In this document: positions 47,442-57,561 of the stretch, piece after piece
How positions within the stretch are numbered: position 1 is the first letter of the stretch
Layout of the letters: each line of letters opens with the position of its first letter
Assembly: GCA_902589505.1 (NCBI GenBank)
Contig: CACITE010000002.1
Coordinates: 35,740 to 99,739 of the forward strand
Origin: an uncultured Pelagibacteraceae bacterium
GTDB taxonomy: Bacteria > Pseudomonadota > Alphaproteobacteria > Pelagibacterales > Pelagibacteraceae
Reading direction: 5' to 3'
Length of the DNA: 64,000 bases
Translations under genes and position numbers: made by a program
Notes under the pieces: model-generated
The model's database searches: none
What the model was told of the DNA's origin: nothing
The model's input: only the letters and a program-made list of their open reading frames with translations

Positions 47442-48467
47442 ATGAAATTTCTTAAAAAACTAATACTTTCTTTTGTATTTGCTGGAGTTATGGCTCTTGG
47501 TTCAACAAGTGCCAACGCTGCTTGCAAAGTACATTTGGGAGATTTTGACTGGGATAGTGCTAACGTCCATACGGCTATAGTTGGTTTCATTCTTGAAAAA
47601 GGTTATGGCTGTGATGTTCAAGTTACAAAGGGAAGTACTAGCCCAATAATGGCTGCTCACTACGATGGTCAGCTTGATATTATTACTGAAGTTTGGAGAG
47701 ATAATATTGTTCAGATGCACGAAGAAGCTGTTTCTAAAGGACAAATTGTTGAATTAGGAGTTAACACTCCTTCATCTACACAAGGATTTTACGTAGATAA
47801 AGCAACTTCAGATAAGTACGGTTTAAAAAGCGTTGAAGACATGAAGAAGCCTGAGATAGCAAAATTATTTGCTGATCCTGAGGCGCCTGGAAAAGGTAGA
47901 ATGACAAGCTGTATTTCAGGATGGACTTGCTACACTATTAACATGGTGAAACACAAAGTTTATGGTTTAGATGAATTCTACACTAACTTTGATCCAGGTT
48001 CTGGTGGAGCGCTTGATGCTGCTATTGCTGGTGGATTTAAAAAAGGAAAACCAGTTTTTTCATACTACTGGACACCAACAGGTTTGATGGGCAAAGTAGA
48101 TTTAGTTCAACTTAAAGAACCTAAATATGACAATGCTTGTTGGACAAAAATGATGAAGGTAGTTGAAGATATTAAAGCAAATGGTCCAGACGCATACAAA
48201 GATACTTGCGCATGTGCTTATGTAGATATGGCTTTAACAAAATCTGCAACGACTAAGTTTGCAAACGACCCAGCAAACAAACCAATCATTGATTTTATTA
48301 AACAGTACTCATTACCAACAGCTGAAGTTAATAAATCACTTGCTTTCTATATTGATGAATCTGGTGGAGATATGGAAGCAACTGCTAAGAATTACTTAAA
48401 GTCCTCTAAGTCATGGACTAAATGGGTTCCAGCAGATGTTGCGAAAAAAGTTAAAGCAGCGCTTTAA
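47442..48467 (+). CDS. proX: glycine betaine/quaternary-amine ABC transporter substrate-binding protein
   Basis: Signal peptide ending ANA, an OpuAC/ProX-like body, strong SD GGGGAGGG, and proW/proV downstream. Confidence 0.85.
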   Translation: MKFLKKLILSFVFAGVMALGSTSANAACKVHLGDFDWDSANVHTAIVGFILEKGYGCDVQVTKGSTSPIMAAHYDGQLDIITEVWRDNIVQMHEEAVSKGQIVELGVNTPSSTQGFYVDKATSDKYGLKSVEDMKKPEIAKLFADPEAPGKGRMTSCISGWTCYTINMVKHKVYGLDEFYTNFDPGSGGALDAAIAGGFKKGKPVFSYYWTPTGLMGKVDLVQLKEPKYDNACWTKMMKVVEDIKANGPDAYKDTCACAYVDMALTKSATTKFANDPANKPIIDFIKQYSLPTAEVNKSLAFYIDESGGDMEATAKNYLKSSKSWTKWVPADVAKKVKAAL

Positions 48468-48484
48468 TTTTAAAAAATCTTATA

Positions 48485-48515
48485 CTAAGAGCCCTCACGG
48501 GCTCTTAGTTTTTTT
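48485..48515 (+). terminator. intercistronic hairpin plus T-run between proX and proW
   Basis: 10-bp stem CTAAGAGCCC/GGGCTCTTAG, loop TCAC, then T7. Confidence 0.7.
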
Positions 48516-48527
48516 GTAGGCATATAG

Positions 48528-49544
48528 ATGGAAAAATATAAAAAATATATTAATTTACTTTATTTAGTAGTTTTTGTACTAATGGTCGTTGTTGCCTACA
48601 CAACCTCCAAGTATAAACCCGAAAGTGTTTCAGTTTTATTTACAGATCCTTCTTGGTTAGGGGACTGGCCCAAATGGTTAGATTTTCCATTAATGCCATT
48701 TCTAAATAAATGGTTTGATGTTCTGATTGTAAAATACGGAATTATGTTTGAAGGAATCAATTTTTTCTTGCTAGGTCTATATGGAAAAATGAAAAATTTC
48801 TTAGTAGGTCTTCCTTGGCCAATAGTTATGATTTCAGTTATATTGCTTGCTTACTTTGCAAGCGGAAGACAAATGGGTACCACAATAATGGTTGCCTTCT
48901 GCGTTTTTTTTCTTGGGTTTCTTAGCCCTAGATATTGGGACAAATGTATAATGACAACAACCATTGTCGTTATTGGAATGTTGCTTTGTTTAGTAATTGG
49001 TATTCCTATTGGAATAGCTATGGCTCGAAATAAAAAAGTAAGAAATGCATTATTACCTATTCTTGATTTAATGCAGACCATACCAAGTTTTTGTTATTTA
49101 ATTCCTGGAATTTTATTATTTGGATTAGGAGCTGTTCCTGCAATAGTTGCAATTTTTGTATATGCTGTGCCGCCACTTATAAGATTAACCGATCTTGGAA
49201 TAAGGTTAGTTGACAAAGAAGTTATTGAAGCCGCGGAAGCTTTCGGTGCAAGTAAAAGACAAAAATTGTTGGGAGTGCAACTTCCTTTGGCCTTGCCAAA
49301 TATAATGCAGGGAATTAACCAATGTACAATGATGGCTTTAGCTATGGTAGTTATTGCTTCAATGATAGGAACTAGAGGAATAGGAGATGAAGTATTACTT
49401 GGTTTACAACAACTTAATGTTGGTATGGCAACCGAAGCAGGAATAGCAATCGTACTTCTTGCTATAATTTTTGATAGAATTACTCAATCATATGGTGAAA
49501 GAATGCAAGAAAGAGTTCATCATAAGAAGAAAAAGAAAAAATAA
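48528..49544 (+). CDS. proW: glycine betaine ABC transporter permease
   Basis: BPD-transport EAA-type loop (EAAEAFGASKRQ) in a multi-TM protein. Confidence 0.9.
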   Translation: MEKYKKYINLLYLVVFVLMVVVAYTTSKYKPESVSVLFTDPSWLGDWPKWLDFPLMPFLNKWFDVLIVKYGIMFEGINFFLLGLYGKMKNFLVGLPWPIVMISVILLAYFASGRQMGTTIMVAFCVFFLGFLSPRYWDKCIMTTTIVVIGMLLCLVIGIPIGIAMARNKKVRNALLPILDLMQTIPSFCYLIPGILLFGLGAVPAIVAIFVYAVPPLIRLTDLGIRLVDKEVIEAAEAFGASKRQKLLGVQLPLALPNIMQGINQCTMMALAMVVIASMIGTRGIGDEVLLGLQQLNVGMATEAGIAIVLLAIIFDRITQSYGERMQERVHHKKKKKK

Positions 49545-50599
49545 TGACTAAAATAGAAATTAAAAATGTTTATAAAATATTTGGTGACAACCCTGCCAAA
49601 GTTCTTCCTATGGTTCAAGAAGGAGCTACAAAAGAAGAAGTTTTAGAAAAAACAGGTCATACAGTTGGATTAGATAATGTTTCAATAAATGTAGAAGAGG
49701 GTGAGACATTTGTATGTATGGGTTTATCTGGTTCAGGAAAATCAACTCTAATACGTCATATCAATAGATTAATTGACCCAACCTCTGGAGAAGTTTCCGT
49801 AGAGGGAACAAACGTAATGCAGCTAGACCAAAAAAAGTTAATAGATTTTAGAAGACACAAGATGAGCATGGTTTTTCAAAGATTCGGATTATTTCCTCAC
49901 AAAACAGTAATACAGAATGTTGGTTATGGTTTAGAGGTTCAAGGTAAAGAGAAAGAAGAGATAGAAAAAGTTGCTATGGAAAAAATAGATGCTGTTGGTT
50001 TAAACGGTTTTGAACATCAATATCCAAATCAATTATCAGGAGGTATGCAGCAAAGAGTAGGTCTTGCAAGAGCTTTAGCAACTAACACAGATATAATGTT
50101 AATGGATGAGGCCTTTAGTGCGCTTGATCCACTTATACGTAGCGACATGCAAAAACAACTTATAGATTTACAAGCAGAATTAAAAAAAACTATAGTATTT
50201 ATTACTCATGACCTAGATGAATCGTTAAGATTAGGTGATCATATTGGAATTTTAAATGGTGGAAGATTAGTGCAGGTAGGCACACCAATAGATATCATAA
50301 TGAATCCTGCTGATGATTATGTAGCTGCATTCGTAAAGGATGTAAATCGAGCCAAGGTAATCAAGGCTAAAATAATTATGATTTCTCCTCAACAATTTAA
50401 AGGATCAAAAAATTCAAATACTGTTAAAGTTAAAGAAGATACCTTTCTAGATGAGTTTTTACCAAAAGTTTGTTTAACACCAGCAACAGTTGAAGTGGTT
50501 GATAAAAGCGGAAATGTAAAAGGGTATATTACCGATAAAGAATTATCCAAGGCTTTAACTAAAACCCACGCAAATGGCGTTGCTAAATCTAAAAAATAA
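49544..50599 (+). CDS. proV: glycine betaine ABC transporter ATP-binding protein
   Basis: Walker A GLSGSGKST, signature LSGGMQQR, Walker B LMDEAFSALD and a C-terminal regulatory extension. Confidence 0.9.
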   Translation: MTKIEIKNVYKIFGDNPAKVLPMVQEGATKEEVLEKTGHTVGLDNVSINVEEGETFVCMGLSGSGKSTLIRHINRLIDPTSGEVSVEGTNVMQLDQKKLIDFRRHKMSMVFQRFGLFPHKTVIQNVGYGLEVQGKEKEEIEKVAMEKIDAVGLNGFEHQYPNQLSGGMQQRVGLARALATNTDIMLMDEAFSALDPLIRSDMQKQLIDLQAELKKTIVFITHDLDESLRLGDHIGILNGGRLVQVGTPIDIIMNPADDYVAAFVKDVNRAKVIKAKIIMISPQQFKGSKNSNTVKVKEDTFLDEFLPKVCLTPATVEVVDKSGNVKGYITDKELSKALTKTHANGVAKSKK

Positions 50600-51362
50600 A
50601 AAAATTGTAATTTCAGCCGGAGCTTCAGGAATAGGATGGGCGATAGCAAAAATATTTTTATCTAAGGGAGCAAATATATATCTTTGTGACATAGATTTAA
50701 AAAATATCAATAAAGTAAAAAAACATCCTCTAAATAATAAAAGATTATTTGTTCATGAATGTGATGCTTCAGAAGAACATGATGTGGAAAATTTTTTTGA
50801 CAAAATAAGAAAAAAAACAAAAAAAATTGATGCTTTAATAAACAATGTTGGAGTAGCTGGACCAACAGGAACAATTGAAAAATTAAGTTCTGAAGATTGG
50901 GAAAGAACTCTTCAAGTTAACGTTATTAGCCATTTTTACTTTACAAAATTAGCAATACCAATGTTAAAAAAAAATAAAAGTGGATCAATTATAAACATTT
51001 CTTCAGGCGCTGGAATAATGGGATTTCCATTAAGATCGCCTTATGCTGCTAGCAAATGGGCAGTTGTTGGCATGACAAAAACTTTAGCAATGGAACTTGG
51101 AAAATTTAAAATTCGTGTTAATGCAATTTGTCCTGGAACCATTAAAGGAAATCGAATGGTTAAAGTAATAAGAGATAAAGCAAATTTTTTAAAAATACCA
51201 AAGAGAAAAATAGAAAAGGAATTTGTATCAATGGCTTCTATGAATTGCTGGATTTATGAAGAAGATATAGGGAAAATGTGTTCTTTTTTAATTTCAGAAG
51301 ATGCTGAAAGAATTTCTGGTCAAGTTATTGGCGTTGATGGAAATGCCGTTAGATTGGATTAG
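50574..51362 (+). CDS. short-chain dehydrogenase/reductase (SDR)
   Basis: SAGASGIG, NNVG and Y..SK (YAASKWA) motifs. Confidence 0.85.
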   Translation: MALLNLKNKKIVISAGASGIGWAIAKIFLSKGANIYLCDIDLKNINKVKKHPLNNKRLFVHECDASEEHDVENFFDKIRKKTKKIDALINNVGVAGPTGTIEKLSSEDWERTLQVNVISHFYFTKLAIPMLKKNKSGSIINISSGAGIMGFPLRSPYAASKWAVVGMTKTLAMELGKFKIRVNAICPGTIKGNRMVKVIRDKANFLKIPKRKIEKEFVSMASMNCWIYEEDIGKMCSFLISEDAERISGQVIGVDGNAVRLD

Positions 51363-51365
51363 TTT

Positions 51366-52253
51366 TTATTTGTAGTTTTTTAATTTTAATTTTTCTCTTG
51401 TTTCTGCAGGAGTCATAGTTGATACACCAAGGTCATTTACTATTCTTATTGCTTTCTCAACTAATTGAGCATTTGTGGCTAGTTTTCCTTTAGATAAATA
51501 CAAATTATCTTCAAGTCCTACCCTAGGGTTTCCTCCCATAACTACTGTTTGAGCAACAAAAGGCATTTCGTTTTTTGAAATTGCAAAACCCGACCAGACA
51601 CCTTCTTTTGGCATTATATCTTTCATTGCTTGCATAGCTAAAGGTGTGGCAGGCGCCCCCCATGGTATTCCAAGACACATTTGAAACATTGGAGGGTCAT
51701 TCAGCAATCCTTCTTTATATAACTGAGCTCCAAACCACATGTTTCCTAAATCAAAAGCTTCTATTTCAGGTTTTACATTTATTTCTTGTAATCTTTTAGC
51801 AGCTTTTCTTAGATCGTTAGGCGTGTTTACTGTAATTACAGAGCCATCGCCGAAGTTTAATGTTCCACAATCCAGCGTACATATTTCTGGCAAGAATTGT
51901 TCTGCATTAGAAATTCTTTCCATAACATTTGCCATATCTGTTAATGGACCAAAGTCTAATGGATTTTTTCCCTGACCAATATCTAAATCTCCTCCCATGC
52001 CCGTAGTTAAATTTAAAATAACGTCCGTATCACTAGAACGAATTCTATCAACAACTTCTTTATATAACTCTAATCTTCTACTTGGTGTTCCGTCTTTTTC
52101 TCTAACATGGATGTGAGCGATGGCTGCCCCAGCTTTTGCAGCTTCAATTGCTGCACTTGCAATTTGTTCAGGAGTTTTTGGTAAATCAGGATGCTTTTTT
52201 GCTGTATCACCTGACCCAGTTACAGCACAAGAAACGAATACTTTGTTGTTCAT
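51366..52253 (-). CDS. beta-keto acid cleavage enzyme (BKACE/DUF849; 3-keto-5-aminohexanoate cleavage family)
   Basis: VTGSGDT, PEQIA.....A..AGAAI.H.H.R and GLED motifs. ATG at 52253 preferred because the 52283 start would overlap the divergent gene. Confidence 0.85.
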   Translation of the reverse strand: MNNKVFVSCAVTGSGDTAKKHPDLPKTPEQIASAAIEAAKAGAAIAHIHVREKDGTPSRRLELYKEVVDRIRSSDTDVILNLTTGMGGDLDIGQGKNPLDFGPLTDMANVMERISNAEQFLPEICTLDCGTLNFGDGSVITVNTPNDLRKAAKRLQEINVKPEIEAFDLGNMWFGAQLYKEGLLNDPPMFQMCLGIPWGAPATPLAMQAMKDIMPKEGVWSGFAISKNEMPFVAQTVVMGGNPRVGLEDNLYLSKGKLATNAQLVEKAIRIVNDLGVSTMTPAETREKLKLKNYK

Positions 52254-52277
52254 ATTTAATAATATATAAATAATTAA

Positions 52278-53708
52278 ATGCATGATAACAATAAAACAGT
52301 TGTCGTAATAGGGGCTGGTCCAGCTGGTTTATCTGCGGCTTATCAGGCACAAAAATCAGGATATCATGTAGTTCTAATGGAAAAAACGGGTATTGCTGGA
52401 GGAAAAGGAGGCAGTAAAAAATATAAAAATTTTACCGTTGATTTTGGTCCCCACGCGTATCACGCGATGACTAAAGAAATTACTAACTTAATGGAAAATC
52501 ATAGCAAAGGAAATTTAGTAGATATCAATATTAAGCAAAAATTATATATTACTAAAAAACCAATAAGCTACCCAATGAAAATTAAAGAGGCGGTACTTAA
52601 TTTTGGCATAGGACTTAATATTAAAATTTTATTTGATTTTTTTGTATCTAAAACTAAATCTATTTTCATTAAGCAATCCAGAAATTCGTTTAAACAATTC
52701 GGTGAGGCAAATTTTGGCAAAACTTTATATGATCTTTGTTTTGGAAAATACACTGAACGAGTGTTTAGACGATCGTCTGATGATATTTCGGTAGAATATG
52801 CTCGAAGAAAACTTCCAAATGCTTCTTTATGGGGTTTTATAGTTGGATTGCTTACAAAAATTCATAGCAAAAAAGATAGAGAGTCTTACCTACACGTGCG
52901 CCGGTATATGTATAATAAGAATGGTATTGGCAATACTTACCAGGAAATAGCTAAAGGAATAATAGATAGGGGAGCCGAAGCAATTTTTAATTGTGAAATC
53001 TCAAATATTGTAGTTTCAGAAGATAATAAAGTTCAGTCAGTTAATTTGAATTTACCAGAAAAAAAAAATATTAAATGTGATTATTTGATTTCGACAATAC
53101 CAATTGATGATCTAGTTCATTATACTGACAAAAAAATAACGGATCATAATTTTAATGAAAAAAAAATTTCTTACAAACACGTTGTAATAGTAAATGTAAT
53201 TTTGGACAAACCCAGGTTATCAGAAAACCATTGGATCTACTTAGTAAATGATCAATTTTATTTTAATCGTTTAAGTGAACAAAAAAATTTCTCAATGAAT
53301 TGTGCTCCTAAAAACAAGACTCTTATTATGTTAGAAGTAATACTTGATTCTGTTGATAAGGAATGGCGTTGGGAAGGCGATCAATGGCGTAATAAGGTTG
53401 AAAAAGAATTGGGTTTTTTTAATATTAGTTCAAAAGAAATAGAGGATATTTGGGTAACTAGAATGGAAAAGGCATACCCACTTTTTTTGGTTGGCTATGA
53501 AGAAGTTAAAAATAAGATTTTAAATGATTTTGCTAAATTTAAAAATATAATATCAACCGGTAGATATGGGCTTTTTTTAGATGTCAATATGCATGATGCT
53601 ATGGTTTTGGGTGCGGAAGGATTTAGATATTTGGTCGAAAATAAAGTAGAAGAGTTTTATAAAGATCATAAAATGGTGTGTATTTGGAAAAGAAATCAAA
53701 AAAGCTAA
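52278..53708 (+). CDS. FAD-dependent oxidoreductase (protoporphyrinogen/amine-oxidase-like fold)
   Basis: VVVIGAGPAGLSAAY...V.LMEK...GG dinucleotide motif. Confidence 0.75.
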   Translation: MHDNNKTVVVIGAGPAGLSAAYQAQKSGYHVVLMEKTGIAGGKGGSKKYKNFTVDFGPHAYHAMTKEITNLMENHSKGNLVDINIKQKLYITKKPISYPMKIKEAVLNFGIGLNIKILFDFFVSKTKSIFIKQSRNSFKQFGEANFGKTLYDLCFGKYTERVFRRSSDDISVEYARRKLPNASLWGFIVGLLTKIHSKKDRESYLHVRRYMYNKNGIGNTYQEIAKGIIDRGAEAIFNCEISNIVVSEDNKVQSVNLNLPEKKNIKCDYLISTIPIDDLVHYTDKKITDHNFNEKKISYKHVVIVNVILDKPRLSENHWIYLVNDQFYFNRLSEQKNFSMNCAPKNKTLIMLEVILDSVDKEWRWEGDQWRNKVEKELGFFNISSKEIEDIWVTRMEKAYPLFLVGYEEVKNKILNDFAKFKNIISTGRYGLFLDVNMHDAMVLGAEGFRYLVENKVEEFYKDHKMVCIWKRNQKS

Positions 53709-54964
53709 AAAAAGAAAAGAACTCTTTATATTCGACAATAACTTCATGTCGTATTTGCAAATCGAGTGATCTAAAGACGTTTCTAAAATTTGGAGATATG
53801 CCTTTGGCAGGAGGCTTTATAAAAAAAGAAGAACTGGCTAAAGAAAAACAATTTCCGCTAACGGTCGTTTTTTGTGAACGTTGTAAAGAAACACAAATTC
53901 TTGAAACGGTTTCTTCAACAACATTGTTTAAAGACTATAGATTCGTTTCATCTACTACAGAAACTTTATCAAATCACTTCATTCAATATGCAAAAACCAT
54001 GAAAGAAAGATTTATAGAAAAAAATTCTTTAGTTGTCGAGTTTGGTAGTAATGATGGTGTTCTTTTAAAACCATTTAACGATTTAGGTATTAAAGCTATT
54101 GGCGTCGAGCCTGCCAAAAACATTGCTTTGTTAGCAAGGAAGAAGGGATGTAAAGTTATAAATGATTTTTTTAATTCTAAAACAGCTAAAGAGATAAAAA
54201 AAAAATATGGAAACGCCTCTCTTATATGTGCAAATAATGTTTTTGCGCACATTGATGACATGCATGAGCCAATGAAAGGAATAAAATTATTATTAAAAGA
54301 AGAAGGTATATTTGTTTTTGAAGTTCATTATTTAATAGATCTTTTAGAGCAATTCCAATTTGACATGATTTATCATGAACACATGATGCACCACTCTTTA
54401 ACTTCATTGTCTTATTTATTAAACCTTTTTGATATGGAAATTTTTGATATTTTAAGAATACCAATACATGCTGGATCTATTAGAGTTTATGCACAAAATA
54501 AAAAAAAGGGGAAAGAAAATATACAAGAATCAGTTTATAAATTATTTAATTTAGAAAAGAGTAGAAAAATAGATCATCTAAGCACTTTAATTAAATTTGG
54601 AGAAGATACATATAAAAAGCGAGATTCTTTAATTAAACTTGTAAAAAACCTTAAATCACAAGGAAAAAGAATTGTTGGATACGGTGCTTCAGGTAGAGCT
54701 ACGGTTCATATTAATTTTTGCAAATTTGACAATAAAACCATCGAGTACGTTGTAGATGCGTCACATGAAAGACAAGGTAGGCTTATTCCAGGAATGCATA
54801 TACCAATATTACCACCAGATAAATTTAAAGAAGACAAACCTGATTTTGCTATACTTTTTGCTTATAATTATTTTGAAGAAGTAATGAAGAAAGAAACTAA
54901 TTTTATAAAAAATGGAGGAAGATTTATTGTGCCTTTACCTGAACCTAAAATTATAGAGCCTTAA
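53678..54964 (+). CDS. SAM-dependent C-methyltransferase (Zn-ribbon + class I MT + C-methyltransferase C-terminal domain; NDP-hexose 3-C-MT-like)
   Basis: CRIC...CERC zinc ribbon and VVEFGSNDG motif I. About 430 aa, typical of the TylCIII-like family. Start codon uncertain. Confidence 0.75.
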   Translation: MYLEKKSKKLKKEKNSLYSTITSCRICKSSDLKTFLKFGDMPLAGGFIKKEELAKEKQFPLTVVFCERCKETQILETVSSTTLFKDYRFVSSTTETLSNHFIQYAKTMKERFIEKNSLVVEFGSNDGVLLKPFNDLGIKAIGVEPAKNIALLARKKGCKVINDFFNSKTAKEIKKKYGNASLICANNVFAHIDDMHEPMKGIKLLLKEEGIFVFEVHYLIDLLEQFQFDMIYHEHMMHHSLTSLSYLLNLFDMEIFDILRIPIHAGSIRVYAQNKKKGKENIQESVYKLFNLEKSRKIDHLSTLIKFGEDTYKKRDSLIKLVKNLKSQGKRIVGYGASGRATVHINFCKFDNKTIEYVVDASHERQGRLIPGMHIPILPPDKFKEDKPDFAILFAYNYFEEVMKKETNFIKNGGRFIVPLPEPKIIEP

Positions 54965-54967
54965 AAA

Positions 54968-55804
54968 ATGAAAATACTTATTTTAGGGGCATCAGGGATG
55001 TTGGGCAATATTGTTTCTTATTATTTTAAAAAAAAATATTTCAAGGAAACTATTTTATTTTCAAGATCTAGAACAAATATAAATGCACTAGATAAAATAT
55101 TAGTTAAAATACCTGACTATTCAAAAACACAACTTTCATCTTTAATTAAACAACATAGACCATGTAGGGTTATTAATTGTGTAAGTGTTAATGATATTAA
55201 TGCAAGTAAAGAAGATCTAGATTTAATTAATAGTCAATTGCCAAAGCTGTTAGTTGACATTTTAGATGCTAAAAATGATAACAGCCAACTTATTCATATT
55301 AGTACAAATGGAGTTTTTTCCGGAGACAAAGGTCAGTATGTGGAAACAGACTCGACGAATCCAATAAATAGTTATGGAAAAAGTAAATTAAAGGGAGAGG
55401 TGACTCATGCGCCTCATATAACAATTAGAACATCTATAATAGGACATAAATCAAAATCTGATAAAGGACTTTTAGGATGGTTTTTAAATCAAGAGAATCA
55501 AATTAACGGATACACAAAAGTAGAATGGAATGGTGTAACCACATTAGAATGTGCTAAATTTATTGATTGGGTGATTTGTAAAAAATTAAATGGTATAGTG
55601 CATCTTTTTTCAAAAAAAATCTCAAAATATGATTTGTTAAATATAGCAAAACAAGTATATAAAAAAGATATTAAAATTGTTGCAGATAATAGCATAAAAT
55701 CAGATTTAACTTTAGATACCAAAAGACCAGATGTTAACTATGTAACACCCAATCACTTGAAAATGTTAGAAGAATTAAAAGGTGTTTCTTTTTTAAATTT
55801 TTAA
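54968..55804 (+). CDS. NAD(P)-dependent sugar-nucleotide reductase-like protein (RmlD-like)
   Basis: ILILGASGMLG Rossmann motif and Y..SK (YGKSKL). Confidence 0.7.
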   Translation: MKILILGASGMLGNIVSYYFKKKYFKETILFSRSRTNINALDKILVKIPDYSKTQLSSLIKQHRPCRVINCVSVNDINASKEDLDLINSQLPKLLVDILDAKNDNSQLIHISTNGVFSGDKGQYVETDSTNPINSYGKSKLKGEVTHAPHITIRTSIIGHKSKSDKGLLGWFLNQENQINGYTKVEWNGVTTLECAKFIDWVICKKLNGIVHLFSKKISKYDLLNIAKQVYKKDIKIVADNSIKSDLTLDTKRPDVNYVTPNHLKMLEELKGVSFLNF

Positions 55805-55833
55805 TTTATTATTATCACTTAAAGAAGAATTAA

Positions 55834-56301
55834 ATGAACTCGATTTTAAAAACAGAAAAAGTAATAAAAGAATATACCGATTATAATAACCATTTAAATG
55901 TGGCTTACTATGTTCGCATTTTTGATATAGCAGCAGATGTTATGTTAGATAATTTTAATATGGGAGGTGAGTCTGCTAAAAATAATAAAAAAACTACTTT
56001 TGTTGCAGAGATGTACACAACTTATAATCAAGAAGTTAGATTAGGAGAAGAAGTTGAAACTCATGTAACTTATGTTGATCATGATAAAAAAAGAATTCAT
56101 TATAGACTTTCTATGTTTCATAAAGAAAAAAAATATCTTGCCGCTACAAATGAAGTTTTATCTTTGTATGTAGATCTTAGCAAAAGAAGAGTTGTTGAGT
56201 TTGATGCAGATAGAATAAAGCTTATGGATGATTTTATAAAAAATAATTCTACAAAATTTAACTATGAAAAATTATTTTTTTCAGGAAAATTAAAAAAATA
56301 G
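55834..56301 (+). CDS. hotdog-fold acyl-CoA thioesterase (4HBT/YbgC-like)
   Basis: Size and the HLNVAYYVRIFD segment are typical of 4HBT thioesterases. Confidence 0.65.
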   Translation: MNSILKTEKVIKEYTDYNNHLNVAYYVRIFDIAADVMLDNFNMGGESAKNNKKTTFVAEMYTTYNQEVRLGEEVETHVTYVDHDKKRIHYRLSMFHKEKKYLAATNEVLSLYVDLSKRRVVEFDADRIKLMDDFIKNNSTKFNYEKLFFSGKLKK

Positions 56302-57246
56302 TTACCTTAGTGGTTTTTCGGTTACGATATTTTGATTCTGAGCTTTTTCACGAATAAAAATATAAACCCCACTAACAACTATCAGAATCATCCCAATTAC
56401 TGATTTTAAATCTGGTATTTCATTAAAGAAAATCCATCCACTAAGCGCGGACCATATTAGTATCGAATACTCGAAGGGAGACACGACAGCAGGAGATGCT
56501 ATTCGATACGCAGAGAAAACTAAAATAAATGCAACAGATGCTGTGAAACCTGTTATGATAATAAAAACTATAGAATTTTCCAAATTAATAAACCATTCTC
56601 GAAAAATAAATTGAGAAGTTGGGTTATCTACCGTATTGAATTTTCCGTCGCCAAAAATAAAATAAAAAACTAAACTGATGATTATTGCACCAATATAAAA
56701 TGTAAATGTTTGCGTATATACATTATCTTTTTCAGAAGTTATTTTTATAATTATCATAGTTAATGAATAACAAAACGCACATAAAATTGGGGTTAGACTC
56801 ATATAGTCAAAATTATTAAAGTTAGGATTTAATATTACATACGCTCCAACAAAACCAATTATAATAGCCAACCATCTTCTAGGTCCTATTTGCTCCTTTA
56901 ATAAAAATTTTGCAAATATTGTAATTAAAAAAGGTGAGACGAAGAACAAAGCTGTAGCGGTAGCTAAAGGTAGCACGGTAAGCGAAATATAAAAAGAGCT
57001 GAATCCGAAAAAGAAAAGTATTACTCGGCAAAAGGTTAAAAGAGGGTACTGAGTTTTAAATACAATTGTTTTTTTGGTAAATTTTAAAAATAATAAAATA
57101 ATTAAAAAACTTACTATAGTTCTTATCAAATAAATTTCATACAGTGATGCAAAACTGTAAATATACTTCATAATCGAGTCTTGTATTGAAAAGGCTAGCA
57201 TGCCTATTAGAATTAAAATTATGCCTTTTGGATTATTATTTTTCAT
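56302..57246 (-). CDS. DMT/EamA-family transporter
   Basis: Ten hydrophobic helices. Confidence 0.8.
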   Translation of the reverse strand: MKNNNPKGIILILIGMLAFSIQDSIMKYIYSFASLYEIYLIRTIVSFLIILLFLKFTKKTIVFKTQYPLLTFCRVILFFFGFSSFYISLTVLPLATATALFFVSPFLITIFAKFLLKEQIGPRRWLAIIIGFVGAYVILNPNFNNFDYMSLTPILCAFCYSLTMIIIKITSEKDNVYTQTFTFYIGAIIISLVFYFIFGDGKFNTVDNPTSQFIFREWFINLENSIVFIIITGFTASVAFILVFSAYRIASPAVVSPFEYSILIWSALSGWIFFNEIPDLKSVIGMILIVVSGVYIFIREKAQNQNIVTEKPLR

Positions 57247-57289
57247 GACACGTGATTATATAAAAATGAGTTTTATTTTAATCTGTTAT

Positions 57290-57559
57290 TTAATTATTTA
57301 TTTTTTTTGTTGAATATTGTTTATATAAAGAAATTCCAGTTTTTAATTTATTTTGATACGATTCTTTAAAGGTTTCTAGCTGCCATCCAGACATTCTTTG
57401 AACTAAAATTTTTAAATTTTCATCTTTCCAAGCAATCGTTGTTTTTTCTTCCTTCCAAATTATTTTTTCTTCATTAGTTCTTGCACAACCGTAGCAATAA
57501 CCAGTTCTAGGATCAGTTCTGCAAATACTTATACAAGGTGAAATTATTTTTTTATTCAT
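57290..57559 (-). CDS. DUF1289-family Cys-rich protein
   Basis: SPCISIC......G.C.GC.RT..E motif. Confidence 0.8.
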   Translation of the reverse strand: MNKKIISPCISICRTDPRTGYCYGCARTNEEKIIWKEEKTTIAWKDENLKILVQRMSGWQLETFKESYQNKLKTGISLYKQYSTKKINN

Positions 57560-57561
57560 TG

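Noticed and set aside
51366-52283. Long form of the BKACE gene starting at 52283
   Set aside because: It would overlap the divergent FAD-oxidoreductase start. The conserved N-terminus begins at the ATG at 52253 (MNNKVFVSCAVTGSG).
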